DNA of 64,000 bases from NCBI GenBank assembly GCA_964016885.1, contig OZ024741.1, positions 205,902,001 to 205,966,000 of the forward strand, read 5' to 3'. Both the position numbers and the translations under genes were made by a program. Under the pieces are notes generated by a model that was not told where the DNA came from, made no database searches, and was given only the letters and a program-made list of their open reading frames with translations. Of the stretch, positions 53,530-64,000 are shown one piece after another. How positions within the stretch are numbered: the first letter of the stretch is position 1; each line of letters begins with the position of its first letter. Source of the DNA: Eledone cirrhosa (Eukaryota).

Positions 53530-54113
53530 AGTATCCCACTTAGAAAGGTTATATATAACCTGGGGAAAAATTTGGGAGAGTTTCAATAGGAAAATTGTGA
53601 AGAAGTTAGAACTTCTAATGTCAAAGTACTTAACAAACGATAAGCTTTAGTATTGGGTCATCAGAATTAGGGAGGGAGACGTAAAAGCCCAAATCGTTAT
53701 CTTCAATTCAGTATTCGTGACAACCCTTAAATATGGTCATGAATTTGGGTAATGATCGAAAGAATACGATTGCAAATACAAGCGGCCGAAATGAGGTTCC
53801 TCTGAAGTGTCTTTGGTGTAATGTAAGTCGACAGAGTACGTAGCTTGGAGCCTAGAGACTTGCTCCAGGTAGAGCCGTTACTTCTCCGAATTGAGAGATC
53901 ACAGCTTCAATATTACGGAATGTGGTTAGAATGTCTCAGGAAAGAATCGCTAAACAGATATTACGGGCAAAACCAACGGACAGGGGACCCAGAAGTAGAG
54001 TTCGAGCAAGATGGATAACATCCATGAGCTTGTCTGGTCTTGCTTGGGGAAGAGTGTTTGAGGACTCTGCCGCCGCCGACCCTCTCAGGAATAAGTTGAC
54101 GAAGAAGAAGAAG
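53530..54113 (+). mobile_element. Degraded RTE-clade LINE 3' part with (GAA)n tail, related to 49.3-50.0 kb
   Basis: TLKYGHE, IQAAEMRFL, DRVRSLEPRDLLQVEPLLLRIERSQL and VRMSQERIAKQILRAKPTDRGPRSRVRARW; ends GAAGAAGAAGAAG. Confidence 0.8.
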
Positions 54114-54476
54114 TTAATGTATTTGCTAATTTGATTGGGGAAAGATACACTATAAATTACTGAAGAGCTACAAATAGTAGGCAGTCGTTCCGCAAATCAC
54201 ACCTTACCCAAGTATAAGCAATAACTAGTGCGCGGTATAATAAAATAACGTACTGGAGTCAATTATTGATACTCTTCTATCAAGCACTATATTATCTAGT
54301 ATATCATTCCTCGAATTATTGAGTTTATCTCTACATAACACCATTCTTGTGACACACCTATTTAGTATATCTGTATGAAACGAGAGCAAAACCAAATTAT
54401 TCACTAGGCATAATTTCGAACTACCAACGATACACAGTCTAACTGACAGTCCACTTCAGTTATTATTTATAGGCAT

Positions 54477-54598
54477 TTCTGAGTTCAAATCCCGCCGAGG
54501 CTAACTTTGCCTTTCATCCTTACGGGGTCGATAAAATAAAGTACAAGTAATGCACTGGGATAATTGCTGGCCTTGTGCCAAAAGTAGAAACAATTATT
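54477..54598 (+). mobile_element. 5'-truncated SINE (short variant) with 18-bp TSD
   Basis: ATTATTTATAGGCATTTC duplicated at 54462-54479 and 54593-54610; B box, core and tail lie between. Confidence 0.9.
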
Positions 54599-54958
54599 TA
54601 TAGGCATTTCGCCTATTCCTCTTTTAGTTACGCGGGTGTGTTCAGGGTTTTCCTTTACAACACCTGTCAATCAAAATTAATATCAATCAGGAAATTTTAC
54701 TGTAAACATCATTTAAAGATATGGAGTAAGCTTGAAAATATAACCAACAAAGATTAGTCTTTAGTGTGTTATTAAAATAGCTAAATCCCTTCTGTTTGTG
54801 CTCAACTGTCACCCAGTCAAATCAACTGCATATGTAATATGGTATAAATTAATCCTTATTACTAGCTTCAACTGATAATTGAGCATCGCAACTTCTCAAC
54901 GGAAATAACACTCACCGCTTTTATCTAAAAGAATGTCAAGAAAATAGCAAAGAATATG

Positions 54959-54960
<2 letters not shown>

Positions 54961-55052
<92 letters not shown>

Positions 55053-55131
55053 ATATATCTTGGTTGTTTATAATAAACGAAGCCAAATTTTACATGTTTG
55101 ACTTACTTATTTTATATATATATATATATTT

Positions 55132-55162
<31 letters not shown>

Positions 55163-55233
55163 GCGTTTAACTAATATATTTCTTTCATGTAATGTGCCGT
55201 TTGTTTTGTTATTTCTGTTTACATTTTACATAT

Positions 55234-55299
<66 letters not shown>

Positions 55300-55395
55300 T
55301 ATATATACGCATGTATGTATGTATACATGTATGTGTGTGTGTGTGAGTGTATATATATATATATATATACACTCACACACACACATATATATATT
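54961..55395. repeat. Cluster of (TA)n and (CA)n microsatellites
   Basis: Visible runs at about 54961-55048, 55113-55162 and 55237-55395. Confidence 0.9.
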
Positions 55396-55423
55396 ATACA
55401 TAATGTAAAAACGGAAATCTATA

Positions 55424-55424
<1 letters not shown>

Positions 55425-55484
<60 letters not shown>
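55425..55484. repeat. (ATCT)n tract 1, upstream of Tx1-like element T1
   Basis: Visible tetranucleotide run. Confidence 0.95.
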
Positions 55485-55485
<1 letters not shown>

Positions 55486-55695
55486 CCTACCCGACGCGTG
55501 GAACATCGCCGGTAAGATTTTTTGTAAATTTATATACGAAAAACAGAACAAATTGTTTGAAAAATCATATTATTTTGTAGATTAACCCCCAAGCTGAATT
55601 GTCAGCTGGGTGGTAATCCCATTTTTCGCCCCTTTAGGGGCGAAAATTTAATTAAAAAATTGTTTTAAAATATCAAATTTTGCCAACTATAAAAC

Positions 55696-56006
55696 ATGAA
55701 TAACACGAAAGGAACGCTGGAGAACGTCGACAGAGAAGAGAGAGAGAAAGAGGCAGATTTTAACGTTATATTTGCTTCTGCTACTATGGACGTCGACATA
55801 GATACGACTGTCAACAAAGAGAAACAAATATTGCCACTTGAAGATTGTACAATTTCTACCGTCGAAGCGAAATGAAAACACAGGAATTAAACCCATTAAC
55901 ATACATACACATGAAAAAGTCAACATCAACAACTCCACAGATACATCTACACATAAAGTTTCACTTCGTCAAGGAACTGAGATTTCCAACACCGAGGCTA
56001 ACAACG

Positions 56007-56066
<60 letters not shown>

Positions 56067-57520
56067 GCAACATCACACACAAAAAAATTTCTTTCGCTGA
56101 AACAGTGAACAAAAAACAAGACTTTATAACTCTTGACATCTCCAATGCAAGAGATATGCTCCAGCAAGGGAGAACATTTGTAACTTTAGAAGAGAAGGGT
56201 GGGTTTAGAATTAACTCACCCCTCGAAATAAAAGAAGATACAGTTCGAAGGACAGTGACCTTTAGGACTGCATCCAATACCATGAGAAACCCGAAATTTG
56301 TTAGTCAAGGAGATACCTTGAAGGAAATGCTAGCAAATATCGAATTTCTCCAACGTGGAAAACAGTACGGAAGTGTTTCCGTACTGTTTAAAAGCGAGGC
56401 ACTCGCCCTAAAACACTCTGTGACACCAATGGTGTCAAAAGCATTCACCTTTTTCTCTACATACATGGGAAAAAGGACACAAAAAATAAAAAATAAAAAA
56501 TATACCACAAAACATTAACATCTGGTGGATCTTGGCTGGCTTCGTATAGCCAGAAACTGATATGAGAATCTCCAAAATAACCGAAAAAGTCATCATCGAC
56601 GACAACAACAAAATAAACATTTCGGTAGAAGGACGAAAATTTCATTGCTTTCGCTGTGGGAGCACAGCACACCTAAAAACCACCTGTCCTTCACAAACAC
56701 ATCATTAAACATCATTAAAAAAACACTATGACTAACACCAAAACAACCACCACCACCACAAGTACAACAACAGACGAAATGAGCAACCACACCAAAACAA
56801 ACAGCCACTCAACCAACAACAACAGAAAAAACAGAGAGAACACCCCTGAAGAACACAGCCCCACCCCATCCCACTCCATCAAACACTACCACAAACACAC
56901 ACACCGAAACACCACCACCACACAACATACCCCCCACCCCACACTCCTGACGATGATTATTCATCGACGGATGAAGCTGCTTCTCCTTCTTTAAGTGAAG
57001 AAGAGGGAGAGCCGCGGAAATCTAAAAAACAAAAAAAGAGACACCACAAAATCCTCAAAACTCCAATCACTAACACCAACACACAACCACAGACACAAAC
57101 AACAACACAAACAAACATCCCCCTACCAGCAAAACCAACACCAACACCACCCCAAACACAAGCACCCCCCCATAAAAAGAAAATTCCCGGACGAACAACA
57201 AACTAAAACAACACAACAAAAACACAAACAAGAATACGCATAGATCAATACAAACAACAAGAGTTTGATGGAGGTCATCTCCCAAAACCCCAACGTGAGA
57301 CGGAGGGCAAAACTTTCGTCAAGGCAGAATCGTCTCCACACCTTAAACTTATAAGGGTTTCTATGGAGACCTATAGTGACCTGAAAAATAAATTTTCACA
57401 GGACGTGGGCAACCCCTGCCAGAAACCCATCAACCGCGTCCTGTTCAAATGTTTCCCCACCCCACCCAACACCCCATCCAGCACCCAAATGGAGATTTAA
57501 CAACCCGATCGAAAAGCTAA
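55696..57520 (+). pseudogene. T1 ORF1, gag-like nucleic-acid-binding protein, frameshifted
   Basis: ATG 55696; (AAC)n poly-Asn; block RRTVTFRT..GKQYGSV..TFFSTYMGKRTQ shared with T3; CFRCGSTAHLKTTC (CX2CX4HX4C) at 56646-56687; Thr/Pro-rich tail. End approximate. Confidence 0.8.
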
Positions 57521-57562
57521 GTGCACCTTTTCGTCCTTTTTCTCGAAATTTTCTTCACCAAC

Positions 57563-60500
57563 ATGGCTAGTTTACGAGTTGGAAGCGTGAATGTGCGTGG
57601 CCTAGGGATGCCTGGGAAACAGGGCCAACTTTTAAACGACCTTAGGTCACACAGTATGGATGTGATAGCCATCACCGAGTCCAGGATCCACAACAGGCAG
57701 CAACTAACCCCCATCTTCGACGACTTTGAGATCTACGCATCTCTCTGTCAGCCAGGAGGTGGAGGGGGAGTGGCTGTCATGTTTCGGAAGGACCTGGACG
57801 TCGAAGTACAGCAAGTACACTTGGACCCAGGGGGGGGGGGGTAGACTGGTAGTCCTAGACGTGAACAGTATTGGAGGTGGAGCCTTCACACTGGTGGCCG
57901 TTTATGCTCCGACCGAGCAATCGCAATCACGGCCAGACTTCTTTAAGAGTCTAGAGTCTTTTCTGGGAACGTCTCAATCCTTACTTTTAGTGGGGGACTG
58001 GAATGGTATCCTAGATGCACGATGGGACTATGTGGGAGCATGTCCCAGTAGAAGAGGGTGAAACAGCCTCAAAACTTTAATCGGCCAATTCCAACTGGCC
58101 GATAGGTATCGACTGGATTTCCCGACTGCACCACAGTGAACGTGGGCAAAACGCAGCGGGACATATAGATCGTATTTAGATAGGTTCTTCATTAGAGAAA
58201 GAGACAATGAGATGTTAAGCTGTTCACGAATGCACATGGTTGCCTATTCAGATCACAAATCAGTTGTCTGCTTAGTCAACCGTGATAGAACACATAGACA
58301 AGGACCCGGATACTGGAAGCTGAACGTGTCGTTGCCGGCACGTAAAGCTTACAGTGAACGGATAAGTAGACTAGTCAAGCAACAGTTAACGGGACCCATC
58401 GTCAACAATATATGGTGGTACTCTCTCAAGAATAGAATCGATAGGGTTTAGCAGAGAGTTAGCCTTAGAGAAAAACAAGATAGAAAGAGAACTAGTAGCC
58501 AAGGTAGAGGAGGCACTTAGAAGTTGCAACGCGGCTAGAGTTTTAGCGTCGAGAACGACACTGGACCAGTTCTTCGATGCAAAACACGAAGAATGCGTGG
58601 CCAGAAGCAAAACACGTGCTCTAGGAAACGAAGGAGCGAAAGCTGTCAGCTGGGCCCGAGTGGCGGAGGCGAAAAGTGGCAACATGTCCACGATTCGGTC
58701 TTTGAAAGACTAAAACGGACGCGTGCTACTTGACCCCAAGCAAATGTACGCGGCCTTTCAGCAGCACTTTGCGCGACTGTTTGAGCAGAACGACGGTGAG
58801 CCGAACGGGGCAATGGACTTTAGTTCATACCTCGACGGCCTGCGAAAGACCAATCACAGAAACTGAGATACGGACGCTCTGGGTCGCTGCGGGAAACGCA
58901 AGTCACCCGGTCTAGATGGTCTACCCTATGAGTTTTACATAGGCATGCCGGACTTGTTCTCTGGCGTCCTCGAAGACGTCTACTGCAATATGCAGCAGAA
59001 CGGGAGAATTACCAGTTCTGCAGGTAAGGGCGTAGTAACGCTGATCAGGAAAGACGAGAACAAGGGGCAGGAAATTAACCCATAACTCTGCTCAACACAG
59101 AGTTAAAGATTTTGGCCAAGGTGCTGGCGACGTGGTTGGCGCTTGTCGTCGAGAACCTGGTAGGGAAAGCGCAAACGCCCGACCAGGTCCATACACGACA
59201 ACCTCCACCTCATGCGATACATCATAGAGAGGGTGGGTAGTAAACCCGGCTTCGGTGGGGCTCTGATCAATTTGGATCAGTCTAAGGCATTCGATAGGGT
59301 CGACCATCGATACTTGGAAGCTGTTCTTAAGGCGGCCGGTTTCGGTCCCGTTTTCAGAGGCTGGATAAGGCGATGCACACCAGAATATGCTCGAGTGTCA
59401 AGGTGAACGGTTACCTATCGGAGCCGTTCGCAATCACCCGTTCCTTTTGACAGGGGTGCCCGCTCTCATCCATTCTGTATGTATTGACTCTAGAGCCACT
59501 ACTGCGGAAATTGGAGCTGTTGCAGGGCATCCCTCTAGAACCGGGACTGTGCAAAGCGGCGTCGGCTTATGCCGACAACGCGACGGTAATGGTGTCGAAA
59601 ACCTCGAAAATCGAGGTAATCGGCAACCTATTACAGGAATACGAAAGTTTCACAGGAGCAAAATGAATCAGAACAAGTCTGTCGGTTTGCAACTCGGAAC
59701 GTGGCAAGGCAAACCGATGACGTCCAACAGAGTCGTCGGACGCTGGACGGACGGACTGGTGAAATTGCTCGGGGTCTGTTTCGGTCCAGACCTCCAGGTG
59801 GAGAAAAACTGGAACGAGGTCACGGCCAAGGTGTTTGCACTCACCCAGAAGTGGGCAGAGTGCAAACTGTCCTTGAAAGGTCGAGCGGAGGTGGCGAACA
59901 CTTTCATAGCGTCCTTCATCTACTACCGCTTGCCTGTCGTGCCATGTCCACGTGAATACCTCACCAAGATGGAACGCATGCTCTTCCAGTTCCTGTGGAA
60001 GAAGCAGGCTCCACTGGTGAGGAGATCCGTCTGCTGTCAACACCCTTCCAACGGAGGGCTGGGCATGCCGTGGCTAATGATGCGCAAACATGCGCTGAGG
60101 CTACGGCATCTTCAGATATTCCTCACCGACCAACCGGTGTGGGCACCGTTTATGAGACAGGCCTTCCCACAACTTGTCTCGCTGATGGAGCTGCAGTCCT
60201 AGGTCAAGCGAAGACCGCAGAAGATGGGCGCCTGGCACATTGAATGCACCAGGCGCTCACAGTCCTCCGTCAAGCGGGCACAGCAATCAGTGGAGACTCT
60301 ACTTCGACATTCTATAGAGGGTTAGTACTTTACAAGTGCGACGACGTGCTCGGGGAGACTCTAGGCGTCGAAGACGATGACCTCACCAGTTTGTTCGGTA
60401 GGACTTTCCGCCCGGGACCTATGGACAACCTCCAGAGGTCCCTGGCCTGACAGTGCTACCGAGGAGCTCTACCCATTCGAGATAAGATCTACAGGCACGG

Positions 60501-60939
60501 ACGCCCGGCAGGGATCCTTCCAAGAGGACGTGTCCAAGATGCGAACAGGACATTGAAACCGTCTTGCACCGTTTGTGAGACAGGCCTAAGCGACCTGTGG
60601 AACTATGCAGAACAACTACTGTCGCGTATGGGACAAATACAGTTGACTGCCGAGTCCATAGTAAGGATAAAACCGCCAGCCTCTTTCAAAAACGAAAGAG
60701 AGGCGGTTTTGCTCTGTACAATGGCTATGGTGAAAGAAGTTATATGGTGGACGAGATTGAGAGGACTAAGGACAGATGCCTTTCTCTCCGGACAACAATT
60801 GATTCCCTTCTTTAAGTATCACTTTAGAAGAAGAATCAGAGCGGAGAGAGAGGCACTGCAACCCAGTAAATTTACTGAAAGGTAAATGAATGCGAAAATG
60901 GCCCGAGTGATTGGGCCTTCTCTGTTTATAAGCCTGTAA
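57563..60939 (+). pseudogene. T1 ORF2, AP endonuclease + reverse transcriptase, multiple stops and frameshifts
   Basis: MASLRVGSVNVRGL, AITESR, VYAP, GDWN, SYLDRF, SDHK, GPGYWKLN, KSPGLDGLPYEFY, LDQSKAFDRVDH, QGCPLS, AYADN (decayed YADD), LSLKGRA, GGLGMP and CPRC. Confidence 0.93.
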
Positions 60940-61182
60940 GTTAAAGAAGAGAGCAAAAGGAAGAAGGGAGCACTTGCACAACACGCTCCTGGAGTTGAGG
61001 GTTGTTGTATCGACGGGGAATTAAACAACCCATTTGTGGCACCTCCCCCTATTGGGGATTTCAATTGTTATAATAGTTTGTTTTATATATATATATTTTT
61101 TCTACACGACTTTATGTAAAATCCCCGGCATGTGTCTTTGTATTGTCCCCTTTTCTTGTGCGCCCTTGTGGCAAATAAAGAA

Positions 61183-61278
<96 letters not shown>
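61183..61278. repeat. (ATCT)n tract 2, between T1 and T2
   Basis: Visible perfect run of about 24 units. Confidence 0.97.
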
Positions 61279-62073
<795 letters not shown>

Positions 62074-64000
62074 ATTAATCTAGCTGTCGTCTGTTCTACA
62101 GTGTGGATGTCATTCACTTCGCACAGAAGTTTTGTTCAAATTTATTGAGGAAATTTTGTGAGTTCAAACTTAATTTTGATACAATTGTGTAGCTTGACCC
62201 TCCGTCTGAACTGTCAGGCGGTGGGTCAGCTCATCTTTACCCCTCCTAGAGGTGAAAAACCTGTTTTAAAAAATTTTGTGTAAAAAATTTCAATCGTCTA
62301 ACAGAAATGTTAAACGCAGCGAACGAAAATAGTGGTGGGGGGACAGCGGTAAGAGTTGTAAGCTCGCACGCTTTAGTCCTCCCTTCCTTCCCAACTAACG
62401 TCATAGAGAAGGAAGGAAAAATTAAAATAAAAACGGACGAATCTGCGGAGAAAAAATTAAATGACGTAAACACAAATCTGGACTTGGATTCCAACAACGA
62501 AAAAAAAAAATTTGAAAAATTGCATGACAATACTAATAACACAAACAAAGACACAACAAACAAAAAAATAACAGTTGAAAATAACACCATATCAGAAAAC
62601 AAAGCAGACGACAAGATTTCATTTGCACAGAAAACAAAGAAATCTTTGACTTATATAGCGGAAAACATTTCAGATGTGGTACGAAGGATCACGGACGCCA
62701 AACAATACATAAGTGAAGGCGAGAATGGCATTTTATCGGTAAAAATGCCTCAAGAATTCACGAAAGACATTGAAAGCCGAACGGTCAAGTTTCGGACCAT
62801 CAACAACAGTACAAAAAAACCTGAACAGCCTTCTCAAGCAGATATCAAAACAGTACTCACAGAAGTACTGAATGAAACAACTTTCATAAGAAAAGACAGA
62901 CTGTATGGAAGCCTAGCAATTATCATGAAGAACGAATCGGCGGCAAAAAAATGTGCTTTGTCACCGATTCGTTCGAAAAATTTCACCTTTTATCCATCTT
63001 ATATGGGGAAAAGAACTCAGCGCATATGGCTGGATGCAATGATGCCAGATGTGGACTACTGCTGACTCATAGCTGGCTTCATCGATCCAGTGAATGACAA
63101 TGTGATTTCCATTGGGAAAACCACAGGCAATGCGTTCAGTGGAACAGGTATAGAACTGGTAGTACAAATGAAGCCTGAACGCATCGCCCAAATACCCGAC
63201 AGAATCTTATTAGAGGACCACGGCTATATAAACATTAGCGTGGAGGGGAGAAGGCCGTCCTGCCATATCTGTGCAGGCAGAGGGCACCTGAAGGCCGCTT
63301 GTCCCCAACTCAACAAAAAGAAAACCCTGCTACCAACACCAGCTCCACCACCACCACCACAACAGATAAACAAACAACAAAACTCAGTCCCACCCAACCC
63401 GTCCCTCAGTAAAACCACAACACCACCACAACACAAACAGTCACAACACATTACCCCAAAACAAAATACAGGCCCACCCAACCTCTCACTCAATAAAACA
63501 ACACAACCACCGCAGACACAACACACAACACAGTCTAACATAGTGACATCCATCTCCCCCACAAAGAAAACCAACACGGAAACATTACCAGCAAACATAC
63601 CTTTTCCCTCCAACACTGAAGATAACCCAACGAATTCGGAGGAAGAAACGGAGTCCTTCAGACAGATTAAAAGGAAAAAAAGAAAACATGTGCAAAACAC
63701 ACAAGGACAAACAACCCCCACCCAAATCTCAACACAATCCAACAAAACAGAAAACACCCCTCCAGCAACAAACAAAACCAAACCTGCCCCTCCCCTCTTC
63801 GAAACACTCACACCATCGGAAAAAAAGACATTACACTATACTTACATCAACAGAAACAATAATAAATTAAATGAAATCATATACAATAATCCTTCGGTAC
63901 AAACCGAAGGTGTAAACTTTGTTTCGTCAGAAAACTACCCACATTTAAAACTAATAAAGATCCCAATGAACCTCTACCAAAAACTAAAAAAGGATTTTAA
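62074..64000 (+). mobile_element. 5' part of Tx1-like element T3, continuing beyond the window
   Basis: 5' UTR with hairpins homologous to T1, then ORF1 from 62307. Confidence 0.88.
62307..64000 (+). pseudogene. T3 ORF1, gag-like, with premature stop at 63063-63065
   Basis: Homologous to T1 ORF1 (KISFA, RTVKFRT, YGS, YMGKRTQ); reading continues past the TGA (aligns with W in the 615-962 homologue) to CHICAGRGHLKAAC at 63261-63302 and a Pro/Thr-rich region. Confidence 0.85.

Larger units (their letters stand above)
55491..61182 (+). mobile_element. Near full-length, decayed L1/Tx1-clade non-LTR retrotransposon (T1)
   Basis: 5' UTR, ORF1 with CCHC knuckle, ORF2 with APE endonuclease and RT, 3' UTR with AATAAA (61174-61179) running into (ATCT)n. 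Confidence 0.93.

Noticed and set aside
55510-55580. Possible 5' UTR intron in T1 (GTAAGA...TTTTGTAG) with a counterpart in T3
   Set aside because: The T3 counterpart (62158-62190) would be only about 33 nt; such motifs are common in AT-rich DNA and there is no transcript evidence.
63224-63811. 195-aa antisense ORF in T3, and similar antisense ORFs in T1
   Set aside because: Reverse complement of A/C-rich ORF1 sequence, which is naturally stop-poor; no recognisable domain.

Overview
Eukaryotic, repeat-dense window with no recognisable host gene. The SINE and LINE complement resembles octopod cephalopod genomes (inferred from recall, not from a search). About 37 kb (3831-40946) is one uninterrupted 20-bp satellite, TTCCAAGTGATCTGCATWTG, with nested higher-order duplications; it generates almost all ORFs in the supplied track, which I treat as artefacts. 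The flanks hold decayed retroelements: many copies of a tRNA-derived SINE (several with clear TSDs), R4/Dong-like and RTE-like LINE fragments, a hAT-type MITE and microsatellites. Best leads: (1) a head-to-tail array of three divergent L1/Tx1-clade elements, each junction an (ATCT)n tract, suggesting a GATA-microsatellite-targeting lineage, with covarying hairpins in the 5' and 3' UTRs; (2) a 140-bp-arm inverted repeat at 44.6-44.9 kb whose arms each carry a Penelope-type minimal hammerhead ribozyme, one with an intact core and one with a C3U change; (3) the layered higher-order structure of the satellite. Family assignments come from visual motif recognition only.
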